DNA of 64,000 nucleotides. Origin: Euprymna scolopes (lineage: Eukaryota). The stretch is from NCBI GenBank assembly GCA_053919585.1, contig CM132785.1; one strand, written 5' to 3'. Both the position numbers and the translations under genes were made by a program. The notes under the pieces were generated by a model. That model worked only from the letters and a program-made list of their open reading frames with translations. It had not been told where the DNA came from and did no database searches. Of this stretch, positions 1 to 10,949 are shown piece after piece (positions within the stretch are counted from its first letter, which is position 1; each line of letters begins with the position of its first letter).

Positions 1-1283
1 ATTTTGTTTTTATCTTAACTGATACAACAAAGTGGTCGGAAGATCCCAGTGGAGAGTGAACTGAAGATGAGCATAGCTCAGGGCAAGTTGTGAGAAAGAG
101 GTCTAGGAGACTTGCATACAAACCGTCATTGTGGGGAACGCGGTTGGGTTCTTGGATAATCTGAATGGAGAAATCGTGGCAAAACCTCCCCTCGTCATCG
201 GTCTTGTTTTAGTGGATTAACCATTCAACGTTGTGAACATTGAAGTCCCCAAAGACGTGAATGTTCGCTGATGGGTACGCAGACAGGGCATGGTCAATTT
301 TCTCAGTTATGCAATTAAAGATAGTAATTCCACTGTTGTGGGGGCGATAGAGTGCAAATATAAACGCAGTAATGTAAGCAAGTGCAACCCGGAAGCACAT
401 ATAAGGTAAATTAGGAACTTCTCTAGAGATGTCCCTACCACATGGAAATCGTATTTAATGTAGGCACATACTTCATGCCCATGGCGATCTTGGGGGTCAG
501 ATTTAGAGGTTAAGTTAGAGTATCCTTTAATTACGAACTACTACTAGGGAGGAAGTCGGTCCAATGCCAGTTTCGCTTAGGAATAATAGGTCTAGTTTAA
601 TTTCCTGTAATAATGTTTGAACCTCTGGAAGGTTGGAACATAGACCCTTGCTGTTGTAGAAGGAGATATAGTAGTGGGGCTCTGCGTTGGAAGTTAGAGA
701 TCTGGGTTTAATCCAGTATTTTTTCTGGAAACCTTTAATGATTGGGATTTGGGATTTGTGGAATAGGTCGACAGACTTGCCTAGAGCAGGGCAGAGAGGA
801 AAGATAAAAGAAAAAGAAATGAAATATTTCTTTGTGGCGCATGATAAGATAAAGCCGTAACAATTACCCACTAATATGGCATCGAGATGCCCCAACAAAA
901 GCTACTGCATTGTCCAGAACCCATTGACCAAATACCAATACAGCAGCCCCAGTACGTTGCACCTGCTGATAGGACAGCCTCCTTGGGAGTTAAACCAAGG
1001 TTCGGATCCCTGACGATCAGGCGGATAACGTCAGCCCAGTTGAAACTACCTCCAGCACCCTTACTATTGACGTGGCCACAAGGATAGAAAAACGAACAAA
1101 GTTTCCAACATCTCTGGCAACTGTTCACACAAAATACTGCCAACCTGGTAAACAGCTTTTTCTTCTCCCTTTGTCAGAAAAATCACTCATTGAGAAAAAT
1201 GAGGACTGAGGGGCAAATAAGGAGAAGCGAGAGTAAAGGGAGGTGCCGATAACGCATCCACAATGCGCTGTCTACTCTCCATT
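1..1283 (-). mobile_element. 5' part of a CR1/Jockey-group LINE: putative 5' UTR plus disrupted APE endonuclease domain, running off the window start
   Basis: Minus-strand frames give YNSKGL..LLFLSET (ORF 527-898), HVFGDFNVHN (ORF 209-400) and, by manual translation of 1-170, LLDLFLT..PLGSSDH. These are APE motifs in canonical order, broken by stops and frameshifts. The 5' boundary is approximate. Confidence 0.85.
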
Positions 1284-1454
1284 AAAAAAAGGTTCAAAGG
1301 ACTTATTAATATTTACTTAGCATAAGTCCGTAGTTCTAATTCGAAATTAAAGAGATTTGAAGATAAATTTCCCTCCCATATTTACGAATGAATTTATATA
1401 TTGGATTTGACGTGATACTGCCAGTTATAGTTACCGTTTTTATTTTATTTTATT

Positions 1455-1645
1455 TATTTGCTTTCTTCCTTCTTTGTCTTGGGTTGGAATGTTCTAGATA
1501 CATTTGCATTTAACGACTGACTGAAATAAACATTATTTTAGGCAAAATTAAGTCAAGTAAGGAATTATAATAAAATAATTTAGCACCAAAAAATACCGAT
1601 GGTGGATTATCACGTGTTGAGATATTCTCCCCAAACATGTCGATT
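1455..1645 (+). repeat. Copy 1 of a ~140-bp direct repeat, probably a Penelope pseudo-LTR fragment
   Basis: gatacatttgcatttaac.actgactgaaataaa...gaattataataaaa.aatttagcaccaaaaatacc recurs at 2635-2780. Followed by a hammerhead-like 3' half (tctccccaaacatgtc). Confidence 0.6.
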
Positions 1646-1853
1646 GAAAAACAGAAACCTTATAAAGGCGAGGTTTGGTTAGGATTCCTTGGTCAATGAG
1701 AAGATAAAACAAAATACAGTAAATGAAATACGTTACTGTAATTGACATTAGAAGGTATTACACTTTTTTCTACTAATTCAAGAGACAACTCCAACACACT
1801 GAAGGATTCCATTCTGCAAACTCATGCTTGTCAGGGGATTGGTGCTTATGGCT

Positions 1854-2392
1854 GGGGGAGGGAGGAAAGGCAGGGTGGCATGTTATGGAGAGTGCGAATG
1901 AACTCAAAATCCGGGCCAACAAAAATGGAACCCCGGAATTAGATGACGTGGTCCTATGACGCAATTCGTTTATTTGTCAGGCCGTTGTATGGAACAAGGT
2001 TCGAATGAACTTAAATCCTGGTCGACAAAAATGAAATCGGGAATAGGGATGACCTGGAGATGACGTAATTCGGTCGCAGGTAAGACCAAAAGCAAACGCC
2101 GGGCTGGTCAAAATATGGGTCAATGGCATCAATTGGTGTATGGGTTACCAGGTCGAAAGTCCATAAAAGTGAGATGGTAAACAAAAACAAGGCAGAGAGA
2201 CAGGGAACGAGACAGACAGCGAGGAACTGCCTGTCACGTTCGCAACCTACACATCTCCCACCACCACCTTCACCACCATATTGTGTATACATGAATGTTT
2301 GTTAAATAAACCAAATTTGTTTATAACAAAGCGTCTCGTTATTCATTGATAAATGAACAGCGGTCATTCCAATCACTAGACGATTTACAACA
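1854..2392 (+). mobile_element. LTR-retrotransposon 3' end: polypurine tract, truncated LTR start, and a second ~410-bp related LTR
   Basis: PPT gggggagggaggaaagg (1854-1870), then TGTTATGG at 1881. A related start recurs at 1984 (gttgtatgg..cgaatgaac..aaatcc.gg.c.acaaaaatg). TATA-like cataaaa ~2162, AATAAA ~2305, end tacaaCA (2392) inverted to gttgta. No TSD seen. Confidence 0.65.
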
Positions 2393-2634
2393 AACATACA
2401 CTATTTCTCGGTCTATCAATCGAGATATTAAGAAATCTCTTATAGTTAAATTAAAGGTGGTGCTCATGTAGTAGAATGTACCCTATCTCTAGATGAAACA
2501 CTAAGACAAAAACAACGATACAGAATATACGCCATCTTCATACCACCCAGTATATAACAGGTAGAGAGAGTGGGGGAAGATTTCGTTTATATTTATAGAG
2601 AAAATAAAGCAATAATCCTAAAAAATGAGAACTT

Positions 2635-2810
2635 TTTTCTTCTTTCTTTGCCTTGGGGAGAGAATATCTTTGATACATTTGCATTTAACAACTGACTGAA
2701 ATAAAAATTAAATTAGACAAAATTAAGGCAAGTAAAGAATTATAATAAAAGAATTTAGCACCAAAAATACCGGTGGAGTATCGCCTCTTTCTTGGTCTGA
2801 TGAAGGGGTA
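2635..2810 (+). repeat. Copy 2 of the ~140-bp direct repeat, probably a Penelope pseudo-LTR fragment
   Basis: Matches 1455-1605 and is followed by CTGATGAAGGGG (2797-2808), the 5' half of a hammerhead core. Confidence 0.6.
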
Positions 2811-3393
2811 TCTTTGAATAGGAATTCCACTGAACCATATCTGCACATATGTAGCAAATATTGTTAGTATAATAATCGGATTATATAGCAGCTATGTCCT
2901 GCATTGAGCACTCTTTAGCAATTACGTGTAGTCCATTGGATTTACACATCGGAAACCAATCTNNNNNNNNNNNNNNNNNNNNNNNNNNNNNNNNNNNNNN
3001 NNNNNNNNNNNNNNNNNNNNNNNNNNNNNNNNNNNNNNNNNNNNNNNNNNNNNNNNNNNNNNNNNNNNNNNNNNNNNNNNNNNNNNNNNNGTAGTAACTT
3101 GTGAAATATAAATTACAACCCTAGATTGCTGGAGATGATAAAAGAATTATTTAACTATGAAAAATAAATGCAAAATATATTATGTTAATGAATGAAACAT
3201 AACTGCGTGGGTTTCGCCAATCTAGATAGTTACTTTTCATTCATTAACATTATATATTTTACATTTATTCGTGTTAGACTGTTTGTATACAATTAGAAAA
3301 GAACTAATGCTACTTTGCAAACCGAAACTAAAAGTAAGGATATGGTTAGAAAAATAAAATAAAAAAGACGAAAAAAAAAACTGAGACCTGTTC

Positions 3394-3535
3394 ATGTATT
3401 ATATTTTTTCTTAGCAGTATTATTTTTTTTCGTAACAATATTATGTTTTTTCTTAGCAGTATTATTTTTTCGTAAGAATATCATGTTTTTTCTTAAGAGT
3501 ATTATTTTTTTTCTTAAGAGTATTGTTTTTTCTTC
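3394..3535. repeat. Degenerate ~21-22-bp tandem repeat, about 6 units
   Basis: Repeating tattatttttttc(t/g)ta(a)(g/c)a(g/a) units. Confidence 0.8.
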
Positions 3536-3559
3536 ACTTCTTATGAATAAAAAACTCGA

Positions 3560-3918
3560 GATGAGATTGAAATTAAAGTCTAAAGACAGTGAGTCTATTA
3601 ATATACCAATTATACCAGCTTTGCACAATCTTTAAAAATCTTTATTTTTAATATAATTCGTCATGTGAATGATTCACGCACGCGCATTCGTGAAACAGTT
3701 GGTACGCAGATAAAAATCCGATGATCTCTACGTACTAATCTTTCATTTTTTACTCACAAGCAGCCTTTCGCTTTTAAGTGAAATCCAATTAAAATATGTT
3801 CAACATTTTAGAATAACATATACACCAAATTTCAAGTCTGTAAATCAAAAATTCGTTGAGTATATAGGTTGAGCAGTGTGCTCTAACACACACATTCCTA
3901 CTTTCCTAGATATATAGA
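3560..3918 (-). mobile_element. Non-autonomous Helitron-like element, 5' end
   Basis: ccaaatttcaagtctg...cacacac...tatataGA|T terminus (reverse complement A|TCtatata). Same architecture as the complete elements at 14721 and 38020. Left boundary uncertain. Confidence 0.45.
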
Positions 3919-4699
3919 TTTTCAATTATTAGTTCACATATTGTGTTAACTTTTATACAACGTTTGATTACTGAATGAGTGTCACCCAACATACGTGTTT
4001 CTTCATCGAGTCATTAAACCCCACATTGTTTTCTATATAGTTCTATATATGTATATTATTTTTACTTTATTTTACCTGTATATATTGTTTTCTTTTGTTT
4101 TTCTTTCCATATGTAATCAGCCATACTTGACCTTTCAATAGTTTCACATCTTACGACTTTTCAATGTACTTCTAATCTTACTTTAAACGGAAGATATGCA
4201 TCACCTTTGCATAGTTTTCGCATTTATATAGAATATCATTCCCGCATTTCTTAATAATTATTTTCCCCGTAAGTAGCTTGACTTGCACGAGATACTCTTG
4301 GGGAGTTATATCATTCCCAATCAGATTTGAGTTTCACATAACTGTCACAACTTTAAAGCAATCTCAATTGTGTCGATTTTAAGCTGTGAAAATCATAGAT
4401 CCTTGCTCACTTCTTTAGAATTTGTACACACTGTATTATATTCATAAGCCTGTGATCTCATTAATTCAAGCGAGGTAAATATTTGAAGCGAAGTAAATAA
4501 TTTAAAACAACGTTAAAAACTGTTCATATCAGTAAGGTTTTCTTTGTTTGGGTTGTCGGTTACTCTGAAGCATATTACATGTTTTCAATGTATTGCAGGT
4601 GTTGTGAAATTAACAATAAATTGCAAGCTTCAAATATATAATTGATCACATAAGCATTCATATAAATACATACAAGAATATTTAGTGAGAATCTGTTTC

Positions 4700-5190
4700 T
4701 GCCACACACATGAGAATGATATATATCTTTTTTCATGGGTAAGCTGTGATGTGTATAAAAAATACATGTTATCGAGAAACACAGACAAATTATTTTCAGA
4801 ATTCAAACAGAATATAAGAAATATAGACATAAAAAATGAGATTATTCATTCCTTAACTTTATTTTTCTCAGGATGCTACTATTCATATAAAATGCTGGAG
4901 AAACAATTATGACGTAACAGATAGTATATATAGCATGTATATACACATATAGGATGTATGTCTAAGTATAATAAAAACGTTACAATCTGTAATATACTAA
5001 ATAAATTAGGAATATATGCAGTTCAAACCACATAATTAACTAAAAATTATAATTAACACAAAGCTTTCTTCCAAAATTTAATGCCCCTATATACGCCATC
5101 CATTCAAATATATTTGCAGAAATTCAACGAGAATTAAGTAAACGACTTACAGAACATAAATATGTACATATAAAAGATATGGTAACAACA
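4700..5190 (+). mobile_element. Highly decayed Penelope-like GIY-YIG remnant
   Basis: 5087-5165 translates IYAIHSNIFAEIQRELSKRLTEHKY, resembling the Y.GET.R.L.KRL.EHK GIY-YIG motif. Confidence 0.4.
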
Positions 5191-5295
5191 ATTTTTATGT
5201 ATAATATCTATGTATGTGCATATGGACAATGTCTATATATGTATGTATAAAACTCTCATAATATATTAATTTATATATGCATATATAGAATATGA

Positions 5296-5326
<31 letters not shown>

Positions 5327-5356
5327 AATTCACATATCTTTGAAATGTATTTATGG

Positions 5357-5387
<31 letters not shown>

Positions 5388-5422
5388 TAAAATTTAGTAT
5401 ATATATTTTATATACCTACAAA

Positions 5423-6242
5423 TCTTATATATAAAAGGCTATGTGTCTGTCACTCTGTTCGTCTCTAAATTTCCAAACTCCTCCGCCAATTAAGGACTAC
5501 ACACTTCAGATTTTTCATGTAGGTTACTTGGGCATGGATCAAACTTTTGAATTTGCTTTGATCCCAAAACAATAAAATTTAAGAGGTCAATTTTTTTTTT
5601 TTTTTTTTTTTTACACAGTGATCACCACTTATCAAGGCCCGGAAGCCACTTAGGGATAAGGGTTATTGCCAGTACATTACGTTAGTGAGGAGATTTTATG
5701 AAGTGTTTAATTAGGGGGGCGGTTCATTAGGAATTTCTTAACATTAGACTTGAAGACATCCAAGTTGTAGTCCGGAGGGAAGCAGGCAGACGGAACAGAG
5801 TTCCACAGGCGTGCAGTTCTAAGAAAGAAGCTTTGCTCATGAAATCCGCGTTTTGATTTAGGCACAGATATAGAGTGGGGAAAATTTCTCACAGTGGATT
5901 CAGCTAGACGGGTGTTTTTCGTGAAAGATTGGCGAGGGGGGACCAGGGATTGGAGTTCAGACGAGCACCTGCCATGTAAATAACGATAAAACAAGGATAG
6001 GCTCGCAACGTCTCTTCTGTGGGAGAGGGGTTGCAGGGTAGAGAAAAGGGCATCCCCCACTAAACCACGAAGTCTATTTTGTACTCTGTCAAAATAAGAG
6101 TTCTAACTTTTCTCTATTGTAATCAAGGAAGACTATTATATAGAAAGGCATTACCGTACATATGCACACTTTTTTAAATATACATATGAACCTATTATTA
6201 TTTATTATACATAAGCCTAGGAGAGAGCCAACTGAACTGCTA

Positions 6243-6243
<1 letters not shown>
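5423..6243 (+). mobile_element. Non-autonomous Helitron-like element interrupted by a LINE
   Basis: Starts A|TCttatatataaaaggctatgtgtctgtc (5423) and ends gCTAG|T (6240-6243), i.e. TC...CTAG between A and T. Confidence 0.55.
5590..6095 (-). mobile_element. 5'-truncated CR1/Jockey-group LINE 3' end with poly(A) tail, relatively young copy
   Basis: Uninterrupted C-terminal frame DRVQNRLRGLVGDALFSTLQPLSHRRDVASLSLFYRY...SFFLRTARLWNS...YNLDVFKSNV (ORF 5707-6060), a short 3' UTR, and ~23 T at 5590-5612. Confidence 0.9.
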
Positions 6244-6311
<68 letters not shown>

Positions 6312-6320
<9 letters not shown>

Positions 6321-6920
6321 GGAATGCTTCCAAATTTTTTCATGGTTCCGCTTCTTTTAAAATTAGTGAAGATCTTATTGGAGATACAATACGTTTAAAC
6401 ATGTTAAATAACCATACGACTCCATTTAAAGTCTATATATATATGTATATATATTTTATAAAACGTAAAGAATATATTGTGAGTGATGCGCATATTACAC
6501 GAGTACATACCTGTTAATATTTTTCTGAAATGTTTTCCTTGTAATTGATTGGAAATTTGGAGACAATTGTGTTCTCTTTTTTTTCTTTTTTTTTAACAAA
6601 GCTGATTATTATTTTTTTGACTTTTTGCTACCATTTGAAAGTTTTATAAGCAATTAAAAATAATCGATGATTGGTTTGCAAAGTAACAAAACAGTGTAGG
6701 AACGGACGCATTACAGTTCCCCTCCATCATATCAAGAATGTGTTTCTGCCTAACGTTGCTATTCAGAAACCATCTTGCCCTGGAGGAGGGTGCGCTGTTA
6801 ACTACGCTCGGCCTTCCCTCTATAGAAAAGGTTTATGATATTTTCCTAAATAAAAACGTTTTGTCGGTAATATGATTGAGTCTTAAATTGTAAAATAAAA
6901 ACAAGACAATAATATTGATT
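6312..6920. repeat. ~600-bp dispersed duplication, copy 1
   Basis: Colinear, diverged match to 11811-12380, e.g. gagtacata.ctgttaatatttttctgaaatgttttccttgtaattgattggaaattt. Confidence 0.9.
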
Positions 6921-7347
6921 TTAATAATTATAATAGAAATCCTAATAATAAAAATAATATTAATATTAATAGCAAAATTGTAGGTTAACACTACCTGCTG
7001 AATCACTTTCTCCAAAATAATATCTTATTGTTTAGAATATTGCNNNNNNNNNNNNNNNNNNNNNNNNNNNNNNNNNNNNNNNNNNNNNNNNNNNNNNNNN
7101 NNNNNNNNNNNNNNNNNNNNNNNNNNNNNNNNNNNNNNNNNNNNNNNNNNNNNNNNNNNNNNNNNNNNNNNCGATTAAGCTACACTGAATATTCGGCGTT
7201 CCAACCACTCTTGGATTCGTCAGGCTTATGCGCGAATTCTCTGGTTGTTTAGCGTTTTTATATGGTCCTCTTCTGTTGAGGATTTTAGTTAGACAATCAG
7301 CTTTCTAGTATCCACCGCACCCCTTCCTATCAGCTAATGGGCATGCA

Positions 7348-7464
7348 TTTTATAAATTACTAACTAGCTCTACTTACGTACTGAGAACTTTTGAAGCAAA
7401 TACTTAAAGTTTACGCATAAATCTATACTTTCATATATTAATTTTATGTGAGTAAATGAAGTAG

Positions 7465-7470
<6 letters not shown>
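7348..7470. repeat. ~120-bp dispersed repeat abutting (TA)n, copy 1
   Basis: ttttataaattactaactagctctac...gtgagtaaatgaagtagt recurs at 24120-24240. Confidence 0.85.
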
Positions 7471-7518
<48 letters not shown>

Positions 7519-9180
7519 TGAGGATGCTCTTTTTCAAAAGTGGGATAACCAATGAAATATAACGAGGTTAATACAATATGTTCAATACGGATGTAGTGCA
7601 AGTTACATTTTCAATTTGTCTTTACATAAGCGGTAATTTGCAACCGAAACATGCTCATGACTGTGTAGCAACAAATTACGGCTTATGTAAAGACAAACTG
7701 AATATATATATATATATAATCTTGTAGACTGTTTATATCTAATCTTGTAGACTTTTTAAAGCCTTTCAAATTATTAACCAAAAATTGTCTTATATTTTTA
7801 GCAAGTCATTTAATCTGCCATATTGCTGAATAGTTTTACTTTATTTCAATGAATGCCATCTTTAAATAATCTNNNNNNNNNNNNNNNNNNNNNNNNNNNN
7901 NNNNNNNNNNNNNNNNNNNNNNNNNNNNNNNNNNNNNNNNNNNNNNNNNNNNNNNNNNNNNNNNNNNNNNNNNNNNNNNNNNNNNNNNNNNNNNNNNNNN
8001 NNNNNNNNNNNNNNNNNNNNNNNNNNNNNNNNNNNNNNNNNNNNNNNNNNNNNNNNNNNNNTATACAGAAGACAGGCAGTAAAATAAGAGACGAGTATAA
8101 CTAATGTGTCTGTTGACGATTGTCACTATGTTTTGCCGCACCTTCTGCAAATGCATTTATTATTTCATCGGATCCAATGTAAAATTGTAAATATGAATGG
8201 CAATTCGTATAGTGACGAATTAAAGATTATAATTTGAAAAGATTTCAATTGGTTATTTATTGTTATTTACATAATTGACCGGGGTTTCTTCTATCTGTTA
8301 TGTTATACATCAACCGTATGCATAGAATTAAATCTTTACACTATTTTCATTAAATAGAAATGTAAGAGATGTGGAAATGCTATAGTAATAAATGCATTGG
8401 TTTTACATTTTATAAAAAACTTATTTATTTATAGTGTTCTAATTATTATTGAAATATACAAGTCTCCGAACTCCTTTCCAATCTAATTCGATATACATCT
8501 ACTAACTATTATGAAGCTGTTGCAGAAACTTATAACCTCACAAAATATGGCTTTTTTATTTTCAAATGTTAATTGTCACTTGTCACAATCAGCTCTTCGA
8601 AAAGTCGTCTATAACGATAATCTCGTGTTGATATCCTTTGACATTTTTCATGACTTTGAAAGGAAACGATTCTTCGAGGTGTCCATTGAATAAATATTCC
8701 TACACAAGCGAGCGAATAAACATTTACATTATCAGTATCAGAAAAAAGTATTTGCGAAATCTGACAGCAGCAAAAGACTTTTAAACACAGGACACCTTGT
8801 AGCGTCTTTATTCTTCGACCATAGCAGTGAGCAAAACGTTGATACGCAAAGCTCAGACGATTCTGCGGGCGTCTGGTCGGACTTGACAGAAAACGTGTTT
8901 GAAATCTTGAGACGTGGTGCTGATGGCTTCCTCTTTCTGACTAAGAACATAGGCGCCTTTGGTTATACGACTGTCATCGCAGCAGTGGCCACTATCGAAA
9001 AGCGACCGGAATGCATGAAAGAACACCTGCTACGGAAAAGAAATAATTTCCCTGAAGTGAAATGCCGATTATCAGGTGTTCTTAAGTGTTATAATTGATT
9101 AAGAATTTTTTTAGACAAATACTTGCCTACTGTGAAAAATATAATCGAGGTGGCTTTAAATGTTCTGATGTTGATGATGA

Positions 9181-9238
<58 letters not shown>

Positions 9239-9383
9239 TTATTTATTAATTAACATGTCATACTCGGTAGGAATTCTCACGCGGAATTACCAGTAATCGC
9301 TTTTTTCAACCAAAGTTGTCAATCCCTTGATTATATTTGTTTTGCTTTTGAAACTGATTCATAATTTACAATTATCATCATCT

Positions 9384-9480
<97 letters not shown>

Positions 9481-9540
9481 CTATATCCATATTATATATT
9501 TATATCTGAACCCGCGTCCGCGGCCGCGTCGACGCACCGC

Positions 9541-10835
9541 GTTCAGAGTCCACTGCGTAGTGCGTACGGCCAGACGCTCTTCACCGATGGAGCATCTATC
9601 CTGAACTGTTGGTCTGAGCATTTCCAAGCTCTCTCCAGAGCTGACCGGGTCATTCAGGACTCAGCAATCCTTAGCATTCCTCAGCTGCCAGCCAAAGTGG
9701 AATTGGATGAACGTCCCTTCATGGAAGAACTCAATGTGGCTATAAAACAGTTGAAGAGTGGGAAGGTAGCAAGAATCGACAGGAACCCACCAGAGATCTG
9801 GAAATATTGAGGCCCAGCACTGTTGTTGGGAGCAGGAAGAACTCCCACGGGAACCTCCGTGATGCATTCATTGTTTACTTGTACAATAAAAGGGGCGAAA
9901 TGTCAGTCTACTCTTACTACCGGGAGATCACCCTTCTCTCCATCGCAGGTAAAATCCTTGCCCGTTTGCTCCTAAACAGACTGATATCTTCCATCGCCGA
10001 AGATTAGAAAAGCAATGTAGTTTTAGAGCAAATAAAGGTACCACGGGCATGGTTTTCGTCCTCAGACAACTGCAAGAGAAGTGTCGTGAACAAAACAGGG
10101 GACTCTACGTAACATTTGTGGACCTGACCAAGGCATTTGATACAGTGAGTCGGAAAGGGCTTTGGCTGATAAAAGAGCCGCTCCCCCCCCCCCCCGAAAA
10201 AAAAACTCTGAACATGATAGTTCAGTTGCATGAGAACCAGGGCGGTCAGGTCAGAGTAAATAACAACCTCTCAGAACCCTTTCTCATTGTCAATGGCGTA
10301 AAACAGGGATGCCTTCTGGCACCGACTCTGTTCAGCATCTTAGTCAACATGATGCTCAAGCAGGCGACTGAAGCTCTTAATGATGACGATGTTGTCTACA
10401 TTCGCTATCGCCTCAACAGCAATCTGTTCAACCTCAAAAAGCTGCAAGCCGACACAAAGACCTACCAGCAACTGATCCGAGAATTCCTTTTTGCCGATGA
10501 CGCTGCTCTTGTTGTCCACACCGAAACAGCCTTGCTGCGCCTCACATCCTGCTCAGCAGAGGCTCTTCGGACTTGAGGTTAGCTTGAAAACGACGGAAGT
10601 TCTCCACCAACCAGTCCGCCGGGTAGACTACCGCCCTCCCACATCACCATTGGTGAGACTAAGCTGAATCCGTTCACCAGTTTACCTACCTGGGGTGTAC
10701 CATGACATCAGATGCCAAACTCGACAAAGACATAGGCAGACTGGAAAAAGCAAACAGCGCTTTTGGCATATTGTACAACACAATCTGGAAAAAACAGACA
10801 CTTAAAAAATCGCACAGAAATCAGTGTGCACAATA
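9541..10835 (+). mobile_element. RTE-clade LINE reverse transcriptase fragment, truncated at both ends and frameshifted
   Basis: YREITLLSIAGKILAR, FVDLTKAFDTV, GVKQGCLLAPTLF, LFADDAALV and FTYLG motifs in order. Markedly more GC-rich than the flanks. Confidence 0.92.
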
Positions 10836-10949
10836 GTCTTCTCATGAAAATCAGACCTCATAGTATTACTGGACCAATACTTTACATAAAATTTTCCAAA
10901 TTAAGAGAAGAATCAATGTTGTCTCCGATGGCCGTATGTCTAAACAATA

